DNA of 64,000 nucleotides from a virus (Duplodnaviria; Heunggongvirae; Uroviricota; Caudoviricetes): IMG/VR virus record IMGVR_UViG_637000265_000001; one strand, 5' to 3'. Shown piece by piece: positions 12,162 to 23,530 of this stretch (position 1 is its first letter; each line of letters starts with the position of its first letter). The notes under the pieces were generated by a model. It saw only the letters and a program-made list of their open reading frames with translations, ran no database searches and was not told where the DNA came from. The position numbers and the translations under genes were made by a program.

Positions 12162-13456
12162 TGGCATTAAATGAAGGTCAACTGGTCACGTATGCTCTGG
12201 ATGAAATCATCGAAACCGTCCAGAACCTGACGCCAATGGCGTCAAAAGTGACAAAATACACCCCTCCGGCAGAATCCATGCAGCGTTCAAGCAACACCGT
12301 GTGGATGCCTGTTGAGCAGGAAGCGCCAACCCAGACTGGCTGGGATTTAACTGGCAACGCAACCGGGATTCTGGAACTCTCCGTGAAGTGCAACATGGGC
12401 GATCCGGATAACGATTTCTTCGAGCTTCGTGCAGATGACCTGCGTGATGAGCGTTCTTACCGTCGCCGCATCCAGGCATCCGCCAAAAAACTGGCGAATA
12501 ACATTGAGTCAGCGATTGCCAAACAGGCAACTGAAATGGGCTCGCTTGTTGTTCACGATACCCGCGCAATTGGTCCATCGACTGGCCTGCCTGGCTGGGA
12601 TTTTGTGTCTGATGCAGAGCGACTGATGTTCTCCCGTGAGCTAAACCGCGACATGGGCATCAGTTACTTCCTGAACCCTGACGATTACCGCAAAGCAGGC
12701 CGCAACCTGGTAGATGGTGACATCTTCGGGCGCGTTCCTGAAGAAGCATATCGAAACGGTACTATTCAGCGTCAGATTGCTGGCTTTGATGAAATTCTTC
12801 GCTCACCGAAACTTCCGGCAGTTACCAAGTCAACCGCGACTGGTGTAACTGTTTCTGGTGCGCAGAAGTTTAAGCCGCAGGCATACACCCTTGATACCGA
12901 TGGTAACAAAGAGAACGTCGACAACCGTGTTGCAACGGTGACCGTATCCTCCACCACCGGATTTAAGCGCGGCGACAAAATCAGCTTCACTGGTGTGAAG
13001 TTCCTGTCTCAGATGGCGAAGAATGTGCTGACTGATGACGCGACTTTCTCAATCACCCGTGTGATCGATGGTACTCACATCGAAATCACGCCGAAGCCGA
13101 TTGCGCTGGATGACGCGTCACTGACAAAAGAAGAGAAGGCTTACGCTAACGTAAACACCTCTCTTGCTGATACCACTCCGGTAAACGTTCTGAACGTGGC
13201 AACAACCACCGCTAACGTGTTCTGGGCTGATGACTCAATCCGCCTGCTGTCTCAGCCGATCCCGGTAACCCATGAACTGTTTGCTGGCATGAAAACGTCT
13301 TCCTTCAGCATTCCAGGTATTGGTGTTAACGGCATCTTCGCAACGCAGGGTGATATCAACACTCTGTCTGGTAAGTGCCGTATTGCTGTGTGGTATTCAG
13401 CATGTGCTGTACGACCAGAGGCAATTGGTGTTGGTCTGCCTAACCAGACCGCGTGA
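12161..13456 (+). CDS. coat protein (P22 gp5-like)
   Basis: 431 aa [20 protein letters not shown]..., colinear with P22 coat. Confidence 0.9.
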   Translation: MALNEGQLVTYALDEIIETVQNLTPMASKVTKYTPPAESMQRSSNTVWMPVEQEAPTQTGWDLTGNATGILELSVKCNMGDPDNDFFELRADDLRDERSYRRRIQASAKKLANNIESAIAKQATEMGSLVVHDTRAIGPSTGLPGWDFVSDAERLMFSRELNRDMGISYFLNPDDYRKAGRNLVDGDIFGRVPEEAYRNGTIQRQIAGFDEILRSPKLPAVTKSTATGVTVSGAQKFKPQAYTLDTDGNKENVDNRVATVTVSSTTGFKRGDKISFTGVKFLSQMAKNVLTDDATFSITRVIDGTHIEITPKPIALDDASLTKEEKAYANVNTSLADTTPVNVLNVATTTANVFWADDSIRLLSQPIPVTHELFAGMKTSSFSIPGIGVNGIFATQGDINTLSGKCRIAVWYSACAVRPEAIGVGLPNQTA

Positions 13457-13500
13457 TAACCAGAGGGAGCTTCGGCTCCCGTTTTTATCTGGAGACAAGC

Positions 13501-13725
13501 ATGACACACATGATCTTTCGTCATGGCGACATGAAGAAGTGGAAAGGCGTTGGCTACGACTTTGAAATCGTGAAAGCCGAAGAGCTTCAGGAATATCTGG
13601 ATGCTGGCTGGTTTTCACATCCTGATGACCTTTTGAAGGATGTTGCAGAGCCAGAAGAAAAACAGCGTAAAAAGCCTGGTCGAAAACCTAAGGCGGCAGC
13701 AGATGAACCTGACAACGAAGGGTGA
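13501..13725 (+). CDS. small hypothetical protein between coat and gp4
   Basis: GGAGA RBS before ATG at 13501; basic C-terminus. Confidence 0.3.
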   Translation: MTHMIFRHGDMKKWKGVGYDFEIVKAEELQEYLDAGWFSHPDDLLKDVAEPEEKQRKKPGRKPKAAADEPDNEG

Positions 13726-14203
13726 TTTAGTTCTTGCGGCATTACGTAAGCTCGGTGTTGCATCAAATGCCACGTTAACCGATGTCGAACCGCAGTCTAT
13801 GGAAGACGGCGTCAACGACCTTGAAATGATGATGGCTGAATGGCTTGGCGGTGATGCGTCACCTGGTATCAACGTTGGCTACATTTTTGCTGATGCAGAT
13901 GTTGCTCCGGATCCGGGCGATGAGCACGGTTTATCAAATAACGCTATCAATGCCGTCATTTTCAACCTTGCCTGCCGAATTGCTCCGGATTATGCGCTGG
14001 AAGCGTCTGCAAAACTTATAACCACTGCCAGATACGGGAAAGAGCGACTCGTCAAACTGTCTGCAATGGACAGGGCAAAAGCAGCTAAATGTAAGTCCGG
14101 TTATCCAAACCGTATGCCTGTTGGTAGCGGTAATCAGTTGGCGAAGTGGAACGGTTGGAATTACTTCCACCGGAAGGAACCTTGCGATAACGGGAGCGAA
14201 TAA
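13703..14203 (+). CDS. head completion / tail adaptor (P22 gp4-like)
   Basis: 166 aa, resembles recalled P22 gp4 ([26 protein letters not shown]). Confidence 0.8.
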   Translation: MNLTTKGDLVLAALRKLGVASNATLTDVEPQSMEDGVNDLEMMMAEWLGGDASPGINVGYIFADADVAPDPGDEHGLSNNAINAVIFNLACRIAPDYALEASAKLITTARYGKERLVKLSAMDRAKAAKCKSGYPNRMPVGSGNQLAKWNGWNYFHRKEPCDNGSE

Positions 14204-15622
14204 ATGCCGATTCAGCAACTTCCGCTTATGAAAGGTGTCGGCAAAGACTTTCGAAACGCTGACTATATCGACTATCTGCCAGTGAATATGCTGGCTACAC
14301 CCAAAGAAATCCTGAACAGCAGCGGATATCTTCGCTCATTCCCTGGCATTGCCAAACGCTCTGATGTGAACGGTGTATCTCGCGGCGTCGAGTACAACAT
14401 GGCACAAAATGCTGTTTATCGCGTGTGTGGTGGCAAGCTGTACAAAGGCGAAAGTGAAGTCGGTGATGTTGCCGGAAGTGGTCGCGTATCAATGGCGCAT
14501 GGTCGAACATCTCAGGCGGTAGGCGTTAATGGTCAACTGGTCGAGTATCGCTATGATGGCACGGTTAAAACCGTCTCAAACTGGCCTGCAGACAGTGGAT
14601 TTACTCAGTATGAGTTAGGTTCAGTCCGCGACATTACACGCTTACGTGGGCGTTATGCGTGGTCAAAAGACGGCACTGATTCATGGTTTATCACTGACCT
14701 TGAAGACGAATCGCATCCTGACCGTTACAGCGCACAATATCGCGCAGAATCTCAGCCGGACGGCATCATCGGCATCGGAACATGGCGAGACTTCATCGTC
14801 TGCTTTGGCTCATCGACGATTGAATATTTCTCCCTGACGGGTGCAACCACCGTTGGTGCCGCTTTGTATGTCGCACAGCCATCGCTGATGGTGCAGAAAG
14901 GCATTGCCGGGACTTACTGCAAAACGCCATTCGCTGATTCTTATGCGTTCATCAGCAATCCGGCAACAGGTGCGCCGTCTGTATATATCATCGGCTCCGG
15001 TCAGGTATCACCAATCGCCAGCGCGAGCATTGAGAAAATCCTCCGCTCCTACACCGCTGATGAACTGGCTGATGGCGTGATGGAATCGTTGCGGTTTGAT
15101 GCTCATGAATTGCTGATTATCCATCTTGCGCGCCATGTTCTCGTGTACGACGCATCTTCAAGCGCCAATGGTCCGCAATGGTGTGTGCTGAAAACAGGCC
15201 TGTATGACGATGTGTACCGCGCTATCGACTTCATTTACGAAGGCAATCAGATAACGTGCGGCGATAAGCTGGAGTCCGTGACCGGGAAATTGCAATTCGA
15301 CATCAGCAGCCAGTACGACAAGCAACAGGAACACCTGCTGTTTACTCCACTGTTCAAAGCGGATAACGCCAGAGTGTTCGACCTTGAGGTTGAATCGTCA
15401 ACTGGCGTTGCGCAGTATGCTGACCGCCTTTTTCTCTCTGCAACCACTGACGGCATAAATTACGGGCGTGAGCAGATGATTGAGCAGAATGAACCGTTCG
15501 TTTACGACAAACGCGTTTTGTGGAAGCGTGTCGGGCGCATCAGGAAAAATGTCGGCTTCAAATTGCGTGTTATCACTAAGTCACCTGTCACTCTGTCTGG
15601 CGCTCAGATAAGGATTGAGTAA
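14204..15622 (+). CDS. tail hub protein (P22 gp10-like)
   Basis: 472 aa, same length and position as P22 gp10. Confidence 0.75.
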   Translation: MPIQQLPLMKGVGKDFRNADYIDYLPVNMLATPKEILNSSGYLRSFPGIAKRSDVNGVSRGVEYNMAQNAVYRVCGGKLYKGESEVGDVAGSGRVSMAHGRTSQAVGVNGQLVEYRYDGTVKTVSNWPADSGFTQYELGSVRDITRLRGRYAWSKDGTDSWFITDLEDESHPDRYSAQYRAESQPDGIIGIGTWRDFIVCFGSSTIEYFSLTGATTVGAALYVAQPSLMVQKGIAGTYCKTPFADSYAFISNPATGAPSVYIIGSGQVSPIASASIEKILRSYTADELADGVMESLRFDAHELLIIHLARHVLVYDASSSANGPQWCVLKTGLYDDVYRAIDFIYEGNQITCGDKLESVTGKLQFDISSQYDKQQEHLLFTPLFKADNARVFDLEVESSTGVAQYADRLFLSATTDGINYGREQMIEQNEPFVYDKRVLWKRVGRIRKNVGFKLRVITKSPVTLSGAQIRIE

Positions 15623-16470
15623 TGGCGGATTCGAATCTCAATGTGCCGGTAATCATTCAGGCCACACGGCTCGACACATCAGTCCTTCCACGCAATATCT
15701 TCTCGCAGTCGTATCTGCTTTACGTTATCGCACAGGGCACTGATGTTGGTAATGTGGCTAACAAGGCCAACGAGGCCGGACAGGGCGCTTATGATGCACA
15801 GGTCAGGAACGATGAGCAGGATGTGATTCTCGCTGACCATGAGCAGCGAATTTCTGCTGCGGAAGCAACGCTTGTTAATCATGAGGAGCGAATCAGCCAG
15901 GCAGAATCAACTCTTCAGGAACATGAAACGCGAATCGCTCAGAATGAAAGCGATATTGCGTCGCTTGATACCAGAGTTCAGTCGCTGGAATCGCAGGTTT
16001 CAGACCATGAAACGCGCATCGATGCTCTGGAGTATGCCACTACTCGCAAGAAGTCAGAGGTTGTTTACTCTGGCGTATCAGTAACCATCCCGACAGCGCC
16101 GACCAACCTTGTTAGCCTGCTGAAAACGCTCACGCCGTCATCCGGCTCGTTGACACCATTCTTCGACACCGTTAACAACAAGATGGTTGTGTTCAACGAG
16201 AACAAAACCCTGTTCTTCAAGCTGTCGATTGTCGGGACGTGGCCCAGCGGAACCGCCAACAGGTCAATGCAGCTAACCTTTTCCGGCGCTGTTCCTGACA
16301 CGCTGGTAAGCAGTCGCAACTCGGCGACAACAACCGATAACATCCTGTTAGCTACGTTCTTCAGCGTGGATAAAGACGGATTTCTTGCCGCAAATGGCAG
16401 CACGTTAACCATTCAGTCAAATGGTGCGGCGTTTACTGCCACAACCATCAAGATAATCGCGGAGCAGTAA
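15622..16470 (+). CDS. tail needle (gp26-like) with C-terminal knob domain
   Basis: Heptad-repeat trimeric coiled coil ([12 protein letters not shown]...HETRIDALE) plus about 140 aa C-terminal domain; 282 aa as in Sf6-type needles. Confidence 0.75.
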   Translation: MADSNLNVPVIIQATRLDTSVLPRNIFSQSYLLYVIAQGTDVGNVANKANEAGQGAYDAQVRNDEQDVILADHEQRISAAEATLVNHEERISQAESTLQEHETRIAQNESDIASLDTRVQSLESQVSDHETRIDALEYATTRKKSEVVYSGVSVTIPTAPTNLVSLLKTLTPSSGSLTPFFDTVNNKMVVFNENKTLFFKLSIVGTWPSGTANRSMQLTFSGAVPDTLVSSRNSATTTDNILLATFFSVDKDGFLAANGSTLTIQSNGAAFTATTIKIIAEQ

Positions 16471-16925
16471 TGATTCAGTTCAAACCAACGCGAAACATCG
16501 ACCTGATCGAAGCAGTAGGAAATCACCCTGACATTATCGCCGGGAGCAACAACGGTGATGGATACGACTACAAACCTGATTGCCGTTACTTTGAGGTGAA
16601 CGTGCACGGGCAGTTCGGCGGCATTGTTTACTATCAGGAAATTCAGCCGCTGGCATTCGATTGCCACGCCATGTACCTGCCAGAGATTCGCGGCTTCAGC
16701 AAGGAAATCGGGCTGTCGTTCTGGCGATACATTCTGACTAACACCACCGTTCAGTGCGTCACATCGTTCGCTGCACGCAAATTCCGCCACGGTCAGATGT
16801 ACTGCGCAATGGTTGGCCTTAAGCGTGTAGGAACCATCAAGAAATACTTCAAAGGCGTGGATGACGTGACGTTTTACAGCGCCACACGCGAAGAACTAAT
16901 CGACTTCCTGAATCACGGGAGATAG
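16470..16925 (+). CDS. hypothetical protein at P22 gp14 position
   Basis: Position between tail needle and gp7; sequence not recognised. Confidence 0.35.
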   Translation: MIQFKPTRNIDLIEAVGNHPDIIAGSNNGDGYDYKPDCRYFEVNVHGQFGGIVYYQEIQPLAFDCHAMYLPEIRGFSKEIGLSFWRYILTNTTVQCVTSFAARKFRHGQMYCAMVGLKRVGTIKKYFKGVDDVTFYSATREELIDFLNHGR

Positions 16926-16927
16926 CC

Positions 16928-17620
16928 ATGTTATATGCATTTAAGCTGGGCAGAAAACTGCGCGGCGAGGAACCTTATTGCCCTGAAAAAGGCGGGAAAG
17001 GTGGCAGCTCTGATAAAAGCGCAAAGTATGCAGCAGAAGCTCAGAAGTATGCCGCAGACCTGCAAAATCAGCAGTGGCAGACGATCATGAAAAACCTTGC
17101 TCCGTTCACGCCTCTTGCGGAGCAGTATGTTAACCAGCTTCAGAACCTTTCCAGTTTAGAAGGTCAGGGGCAGGCACTTAATCAGTATTACAACTCTCAG
17201 CAGTATAAAGACCTTGCAGGTCAGGCTCGTTACCAGAGTCTTGCTGCTGCGGAGGCGACGGGTGGACTTGGTTCGACAGCCACAAGCAATCAACTGGCTA
17301 CGATCGCGCCGACACTCGGTCAGTCTTGGTTATCAAATCAGATGAGCAATTACAACAATCTGGCAAACGTTGGGCTTGGTGCGCTGCAAGGTCAGGCAAA
17401 CGCCGGGCAGACATACGCCAACAACATGAGCAGCATTGCACAGCAAAGCGCAGCTCTTGCCGCTGCTAATGCCAACAAACCATCAAGTCTTCAGACAGCA
17501 ATTAGTGGCGGAACGTCTGGTGCGATTGCCGGTGCAGGTCTTGCCAGCCTTTTGGGAACATCAACACCTTGGGGCGCTGGCATTGGTGCTGGTATCGGAT
17601 TGCTTGGCTCGTTGTTTTAA
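16928..17620 (+). CDS. ejection protein (P22 gp7-like)
   Basis: 230 aa MLYAFKLGRKLRGEEPYCPEKGGKGG... matches recalled P22 gp7 N-terminus. Confidence 0.8.
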   Translation: MLYAFKLGRKLRGEEPYCPEKGGKGGSSDKSAKYAAEAQKYAADLQNQQWQTIMKNLAPFTPLAEQYVNQLQNLSSLEGQGQALNQYYNSQQYKDLAGQARYQSLAAAEATGGLGSTATSNQLATIAPTLGQSWLSNQMSNYNNLANVGLGALQGQANAGQTYANNMSSIAQQSAALAAANANKPSSLQTAISGGTSGAIAGAGLASLLGTSTPWGAGIGAGIGLLGSLF

Positions 17621-17629
17621 GGGGTAATC

Positions 17630-18961
17630 ATGGCTACTTGGCAAGGATCAAATGGCGGATTATTGGCTGGTATCGGCGGCGTCAACTCAAACGCTCCGAA
17701 CGTAAATGACATCGGCAATACGCTTCAGCTTATCAGGCAGAACAATGATATTGAGCGTTCAGGCGCTAACAATGTTGGGCTGACTGCTTTGCAAGGTCTT
17801 TCAGGTATTGCGGGTGTTTTTCAGCAGGAAAAGCAGGCTCAGCGGCAGAAAGAATTTCAGCAGGCGTACGCTAATGCTTATGCGTCTGGTGATCGCGGTG
17901 CTTTGCGTCAGTTGGCTACTCAATATCCAGACCAGATTGAATCCGTTCGTAAAGGCATGGGATTCATTGATGAAGACCAGCGTAATTCTATCGGCACCTT
18001 AGCGGCTGGCGCACGCCTTGCGTCATCGTCTCCAGAAGCAATGCAATCATGGCTGCAAAACAACGCCGGTGAGTTAGCTCGTGTTGGCGTTAATCCTCAG
18101 GACGTCGCTCAGATGTACCAACAGAACCCGCGGCAGTTCGGCGAATTTGTCGATCACCTGGGGATGAACAGTCTCGGGCCCGAAAAATACTTTGACCTAC
18201 AGGATAAAATGCAGGGTCGCCAAGTTACCATGCGCGGTCAGGACCTGGATTCGCAAACCGCCGCTCGGAATCAGGCAATCACAATGCGCGGGCAAGATAT
18301 CCAGGCGAATTTAGGTCAGCAGCGCATTAATCTGGACGCAGAAACAAACCGCATTAACAACGAAAATAAGCGCCTTGACCGGATGCTATCAGCAGAAACT
18401 AACGACCTGAAGCGCCAGGAAATACAGAGCCGCATAGCAGCCAACAATCAGCAGTTGCAGCAGAAGCAGCAAGCGCTAAATGATGGCTACAAAGACGGCA
18501 TCAACACCCTCACAACCAGCATGTTCACTCTGAACGATATCGTTAGTTCTCCTTCACTTAAGAGCATTACAGGCTTACGTGGAGTAATCCCCAACGTTCC
18601 AGGCTCACAGGCTGCAGACACTCAGGCACGACTTGATACCTTTAAATCCCAAGCATACCTGACAGCGGTTCAGGCCATGCGAGGCATGGGCGCACTTTCT
18701 GATGCCGAGGGCAAAAAGCTCGACCAGGCTGTTGGTTCGCTGCAGAACTCGCAGAGCGAGGAGTCCTTTCGTCGCAACGCTGGCGTCATCCTGAACACGC
18801 TCAACCAGAAGCGTAATGAGGCGGTTGGTAAGTACGTTCAGCAAAACGGTATCAAGCGAGTGGAAGCGCCTCAGGCTTCTATAGATTACCTGAAGCAGCA
18901 CCCCGAGCTGTCAATCGACTTCATTAATCGCTACGGATATCTTCCATCTTTGGGGCAGTAA
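17630..18961 (+). CDS. ejection protein (P22 gp20 position)
   Basis: 443 aa, Gln/Asn-rich, synteny with P22 gp7-gp20-gp16. Confidence 0.65.
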   Translation: MATWQGSNGGLLAGIGGVNSNAPNVNDIGNTLQLIRQNNDIERSGANNVGLTALQGLSGIAGVFQQEKQAQRQKEFQQAYANAYASGDRGALRQLATQYPDQIESVRKGMGFIDEDQRNSIGTLAAGARLASSSPEAMQSWLQNNAGELARVGVNPQDVAQMYQQNPRQFGEFVDHLGMNSLGPEKYFDLQDKMQGRQVTMRGQDLDSQTAARNQAITMRGQDIQANLGQQRINLDAETNRINNENKRLDRMLSAETNDLKRQEIQSRIAANNQQLQQKQQALNDGYKDGINTLTTSMFTLNDIVSSPSLKSITGLRGVIPNVPGSQAADTQARLDTFKSQAYLTAVQAMRGMGALSDAEGKKLDQAVGSLQNSQSEESFRRNAGVILNTLNQKRNEAVGKYVQQNGIKRVEAPQASIDYLKQHPELSIDFINRYGYLPSLGQ

Positions 18962-20692
18962 ATGGCTAATTACCGTGATTTGTTAGAGCAGGCTGGCGCA
19001 CGTTACGGTGTGCCAGAAGGGTTGATGACTGCACTGGGTGCCAAGGAGTCTTCTTACAACCCTGCCGCAGTAAGCTCCGCCGGGGCTGTAGGATTGACTC
19101 AGGTCATGCCTGGGACATGGCGTGATATGGGTTATACCGATGAGCAAATGCAAAACCCCGAATATCAGGCTGACGCTGGCGCGCGCTATCTGGCAAAGAT
19201 GTACCAGCAGTTTGGTAACTGGCGTGACGCTCTTCAGGCTTATCACGACGGTCCCGGCAACGTTATGAAGGCAAAGCGTGGTGAATATACGCCAGGACCT
19301 GAAGGCCGCGGTTACGTTGATGATCGCTTTGCTCAATGGGCGGGTGACCCGGTGACAGACTCAACAGTCGAACAGCGCGCCACCTCTGCAAAGGTACATC
19401 CTCAGCAAGACCCTAACAACCCGTTTGCACAACTGGAAGTACAGTCATCCGAACAAGTATCGGCATCAGGTGTGCAGTCAGACCCAAATAATCCATTTGC
19501 TCAGATTGAGCAGCAGGCAGCCAGTCAGCAGCCACCTCAACCCGTAAGTTCTGTCGCACCGAAACCTGTTCAGCAACAAACAGTTAATCAGGCCAATAAT
19601 GCACCAACACGGGAAGAACCATCATTGATGCAACAAGCTGGCGATTGGCTCACTGGTGGTCAAAGTGCAGGGCAAATTGCAGAACAGGCTGGTCGTGGTC
19701 TGGTAAACATACCATTTGACGTATTGCAGGGTGGCGCAAGTCTGATTAATGCAATCAGTCAGGGGCTTGGGGGGCCAAAAGTATTGGATGATGTTTATCG
19801 TCCAGTAGACAGACCGACAGACCCCTACGCGCAAGCTGGAGAGTCAATAGGCGGTTATCTTGTTCCTGGAGCAGGTGTAGCTGGAAACATGGTCATTGGT
19901 TCTCTCGCTGACGCGGCGAATCAACGGGGTGATTTTGCCGAAAATGCCGCTATTAATGCCGGACTTAGCATTGCTACGCATGGCCTGATAAATGGCGTTA
20001 CCCGTGGTGTTCGTGGTGCATCAAATATAATTAGTGGCAATAAAACATCTGCACAGAGAGCGACCACTGCGCCAACAGAAACATCACCATTCTCCGGTGA
20101 TGCCGCTGCAGCAACAAATCCTGCGGTTCATGCCGCAGAGGCAAGAGTAGCACAAGGTGTACCAATGACGCCTGCGACGAAGAACCCAGAGGAAGTCGTT
20201 CGCACAGTAGCAGCACAAAAAAGGCCAAATCTCGCTTCATCGCTTGATGAACTAGATATCAATCCTCAGGCTGAAGTTCTGGAGTCTGCTGAAAGGCTTA
20301 ATGTTGATTCATTACTCCCTTCACACTTTTCCGGGAACGAGCAATACAAGGCAGTTGAGCAAGCAATCAAGTCCCGTGCGGGTTCTGCTCTACAGGTGCA
20401 GGAAAATGAAGCAATCAGGCAGCTAGCACAGGGCGCGGGTGAGATAATTGATCGCGTTTCCGGTGCAAAAGATGCTCTTGGTATGAGCGACAAGTTTATT
20501 GATACGGTCAATGGAAGAATGTCTGCGCTGATGAAACGAAGCGACCAGCTTTATCGCAATGTTGAAAAGGCGATGCCTGCAGGTGCAAAAATTGATGCGC
20601 CATCAACAAGGTCAATGCTCAAACAGGTGGAAGAAGATCTTGGCGGGATGAAAAACCTTGACCCTATTGAAAAGAGAGTTGAGGTAGCCTGA
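18962..20692 (+). CDS. ejection protein (gp16 position) with N-terminal lytic transglycosylase-like domain; 3' end fused to IS600 end
   Basis: SLT-like motif [22 protein letters not shown]; last 4 codons derive from the IS inverted repeat starting at 20680. Confidence 0.6.
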   Translation: MANYRDLLEQAGARYGVPEGLMTALGAKESSYNPAAVSSAGAVGLTQVMPGTWRDMGYTDEQMQNPEYQADAGARYLAKMYQQFGNWRDALQAYHDGPGNVMKAKRGEYTPGPEGRGYVDDRFAQWAGDPVTDSTVEQRATSAKVHPQQDPNNPFAQLEVQSSEQVSASGVQSDPNNPFAQIEQQAASQQPPQPVSSVAPKPVQQQTVNQANNAPTREEPSLMQQAGDWLTGGQSAGQIAEQAGRGLVNIPFDVLQGGASLINAISQGLGGPKVLDDVYRPVDRPTDPYAQAGESIGGYLVPGAGVAGNMVIGSLADAANQRGDFAENAAINAGLSIATHGLINGVTRGVRGASNIISGNKTSAQRATTAPTETSPFSGDAAAATNPAVHAAEARVAQGVPMTPATKNPEEVVRTVAAQKRPNLASSLDELDINPQAEVLESAERLNVDSLLPSHFSGNEQYKAVEQAIKSRAGSALQVQENEAIRQLAQGAGEIIDRVSGAKDALGMSDKFIDTVNGRMSALMKRSDQLYRNVEKAMPAGAKIDAPSTRSMLKQVEEDLGGMKNLDPIEKRVEVA

Positions 20693-20763
20693 GTTTAACG
20701 GACACTCCTTCCTGAAATAGAATGGCATCAGAAGGAGCTAATAATGAGCAGAAAAACCCAACG
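20680..20763 (+). mobile_element. IS600-like (IS3 family) 5' fragment, 84 bp, interrupted by IS629
   Basis: Identical to the left end of the IS copy at 63534, up to codon 7 of orfA. Confidence 0.7.
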
Positions 20764-20817
20764 TGAACCGCCCCGGGAATCCTGGAGACTAAACTTCCTG
20801 AGAAAGAGGTAAACAGG

Positions 20818-21144
20818 ATGACTAAAAATACTCGTTTTTCCCCCGAAGTCCGTCAACGGGCAGTCCGTATGGTTCTGGAAAGTCAGGGCGAATATGACTC
20901 ACAATGGGCGACAATTTGTTCCATTGCCCCAAAGATTGGCTGTACGCCGGAGACTCTGCGTGTCCGGGTTCGCCAGCATGAGCGGGATACCGGGGGCGGT
21001 GATGGAGGGCTCACCACCGCTGAACGTCAGCGTCTGAAAGAGCCGGAACGTGAAAATCGTGAACTGCGCCGCAGTAACGATATCCTTCGCCAGGCTTCCG
21101 CTTATTTTGCGAAGGCGGAGTTCGACCGCCTCTGGAAAAAATGA
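20818..21144 (+). CDS. IS629 OrfA
   Basis: 108 aa [30 protein letters not shown]... Confidence 0.85.
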   Translation: MTKNTRFSPEVRQRAVRMVLESQGEYDSQWATICSIAPKIGCTPETLRVRVRQHERDTGGGDGGLTTAERQRLKEPERENRELRRSNDILRQASAYFAKAEFDRLWKK

Positions 21145-22031
21145 TGCCACTGCTGGATAAGCTGCGTGAGCAGTACGGGGTCGGACCGCTATGCAGCGAA
21201 CTGCATATTGCCCCGTCAACGTATTACCACTGTCAGCAACAGCGACATCATCCGGATAAACGCAGTGCCCGTGCGCAGCGCGATGACTGGCTGAAGAAAG
21301 AGATACAGCGCGTATACGATGAAAATCACAAGGTATACGGTGTGCGTAAAGTCTGGCGTCAGTTGTTACGGGAAGGTATCAGAGTGGCCAGATGCACTGT
21401 GGCACGTCTCATGGCGGTTATGGGACTTGCCGGTGTTCTCCGGGGTAAAAAGGTCCGTACGACCATCAGCCGGAAAGCCGTTGCCGCAGGCGACCGCGTA
21501 AACCGTCAGTTCGTGGCAGAACGACCTGACCAGCTGTGGGTGGCTGATTTTACTTACGTCAGCACATGGCAGGGCTTCGTCTATGTGGCGTTCATCATTG
21601 ATGTGTTTGCCGGATACATCGTGGGGTGGCGGGTCTCATCGTCCATGGAAACGACATTCGTGCTGGATGCACTGGAGCAGGCGTTATGGGCCCGTCGACC
21701 GTCCGGCACGGTCCATCACAGTGATAAAGGTTCTCAGTATGTATCGCTGGCCTACACACAGCGGCTTAAGGAAGCCGGATTACTGGCATCAACAGGAAGT
21801 ACAGGCGACTCGTATGACAACGCGATGGCGGAGAGCATCAATGGTCTTTACAAAGCGAAGGTAATACACCGTAAGAGCTGGAAAAACCGTGCAGAAGTGG
21901 AACTGGCCACACTCACGTGGGTGGACTGGTATAACAATCGACGATTGCTGGAAAGGCTGGGCCATACTCCTCCGGCAGAAGCAGAAAAAGCTTATTATGC
22001 TTCCATCGGAAACGATGATCTGGCAGCCTGA
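21141..22031 (+). CDS. IS629 OrfB transposase
   Basis: 296 aa DDE transposase overlapping orfA. Confidence 0.85.
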   Translation: MMPLLDKLREQYGVGPLCSELHIAPSTYYHCQQQRHHPDKRSARAQRDDWLKKEIQRVYDENHKVYGVRKVWRQLLREGIRVARCTVARLMAVMGLAGVLRGKKVRTTISRKAVAAGDRVNRQFVAERPDQLWVADFTYVSTWQGFVYVAFIIDVFAGYIVGWRVSSSMETTFVLDALEQALWARRPSGTVHHSDKGSQYVSLAYTQRLKEAGLLASTGSTGDSYDNAMAESINGLYKAKVIHRKSWKNRAEVELATLTWVDWYNNRRLLERLGHTPPAEAEKAYYASIGNDDLAA

Positions 22032-22076
22032 GTTCACAGATAAAACACTCTCCAGGAAACCCGGGGCGGTTCAACG

Positions 22077-22514
22077 TTACATGGCGTAGCCGACAATTTC
22101 GCACGTATAAACATCTTTGATGCCAGCGAGGTACAACCATCCCTCCTGTGTGGCAACATACGTCAGGTCCGCCACCCAGACCTGATTTGGTGCTGTAGGA
22201 GCGAACGTCTGGTTCAGCAGATTTGGCGCAACTGGCAGATTGTGGTTCGGGTTCGTAGTCGCTCTGAACTTGCGTTTCTGCTTACAGCGTAGCCTCAGCT
22301 CCTTACGAAGACATGCCAGTCGGTCACGACCAACGATGATGCCATTCTCTGCCAGCTCCGTCTGGAGCCGCCGGGTTCCATATGTTTCGCGAGTGCGGAT
22401 ATGTGCCACCTTAATCTCCAGTTTTAGCCGCTCATCACTTTGTTTTCTGTCTGAGGGTTCATGCTGTACCCAGTTGTAATAACCGCTCCTGGATACACCA
22501 AATACCTGACACAT
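22077..22514 (-). pseudogene. IS600-like OrfB, 3'-truncated at IS629 junction
   Basis: 145 aa N-terminal part of a DDE transposase ending at the IS629 boundary. Confidence 0.7.
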
Positions 22515-22549
22515 CGCTTCAATGGGAAATTGTTGTCGCCATTGTTCGA

Positions 22550-22852
22550 TTAACGCGTATTTTTCAGCGACTCCTGTGCAAAATACGCTGTTGCTTTTTT
22601 TAATATATCGCGCTCAAGGCGAGCTTCATTTAACGCCTTACGCAGTTGCAGAATTTCAGATTCCAGTTCAGCCACCGTGCGGGAACCAGGAGTACCGAGC
22701 CCTTTTCTGGCGGCGGTAACCCATTGTCCTAAAGTGCCTTCAGGAAGGGATAATCGGGAAGCGCCTTCACTGATCGAAAGTTGATTTTCAAGAACCGTTC
22801 TGACAGCTTCGGCTTTGAACTCTTTAGAGTAACGTTGGGTTTTTCTGCTCAT
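22550..22852 (-). CDS. IS600-like OrfA
   Basis: 100 aa MSRKTQRYSKEFKAEAVRTVLENQ... Confidence 0.8.
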   Translation of the reverse strand: MSRKTQRYSKEFKAEAVRTVLENQLSISEGASRLSLPEGTLGQWVTAARKGLGTPGSRTVAELESEILQLRKALNEARLERDILKKATAYFAQESLKNTR

Positions 22853-22916
22853 TATTAGCTCCTTCTGATGCCATTCTATTTCAGGAAGGAGTGTCCGTTA
22901 AACTCAGGCTACCTCA

Positions 22917-23336
22917 TATCGCTACATCCTCGAGGAGGCCAAAGCGGCGAACAAAATCAGCCCGGTCAGTGAGTCACCCATCGACCCCTTCGGGGCGACC
23001 GGGTTGTCACATGACCTTGCTGATGAAGACCTGAACCCCATCACTATCATTCAGAACTACACCAACATGTCCGACCCGATGAAAGAGCTGGAAGCGGCAA
23101 TTGAATCGGGGCGCTTTCATCATGATGGCAATCCCATCATGACCTGGTGTATCGGCAACGTGGTCGGCAAAACCATTCCGGGTAACGATGATGTGGTGAA
23201 GCCCGTCAAAGAGCAGGCGGAAAACAAAATCGATGGTGCAGTTGCGCTGATTATGGCGGTTGGCAGAGCCATGCTGTACGAGAAAGAAGACACGTTGTCT
23301 GACTACATTGAGTCCTATGGGATCCGCTCGCTTTAA
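22917..23336 (+). pseudogene. terminase large subunit C-terminal fragment (SfV-like prophage), truncated by IS600-like end
   Basis: Frame opens at the IS boundary; immediately upstream of HK97-type portal; C-terminal motif [13 protein letters not shown]. Confidence 0.6.
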
Positions 23337-23347
23337 CTGAGGTAATT

Positions 23348-23530
23348 ATGATCATGCTGATTCTCGCGCCTCTGGTGGGCGTGCTGGGGGCGCTTTTGCT
23401 GGCGTATGGTGCCTGGCTGATTTATCCCCCGGCGGGGTTTGTTGTTGCCGGGGCGTTGTGCCTGTTCTGGTCGTGGCTGGTGGTGCGATATCTCGACCGT
23501 ACACAGCTGTCTGTTGGTGGAGGTAAATAG
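23348..23530 (+). CDS. small membrane protein (2 predicted TM)
   Basis: 60 aa hydrophobic ORF between terminase and portal. Confidence 0.3.
   Translation: MIMLILAPLVGVLGALLLAYGAWLIYPPAGFVVAGALCLFWSWLVVRYLDRTQLSVGGGK

Larger units (their letters stand above)
20764..22073 (+). mobile_element. IS629 (IS3 family), 1310 bp, flanked by 3 bp direct repeat ACG
   Basis: Terminal repeats TGAACCGCCCCGGG... and ...CCCGGGGCGGTTCA; orfA/orfB match recalled IS629. Confidence 0.85.
22077..22916 (-). mobile_element. IS600-like partial copy (left end plus orfA plus 5' part of orfB), inverted
   Basis: Reverse complement of the IS left end at 22889-22916; orfA identical to the copy at 63598; orfB cut at the IS629 junction. 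Confidence 0.8.

Noticed and set aside
21583-21864. Alternate-frame ORF inside IS629 orfB
   Set aside because: Overlaps the recognised transposase in a different frame.
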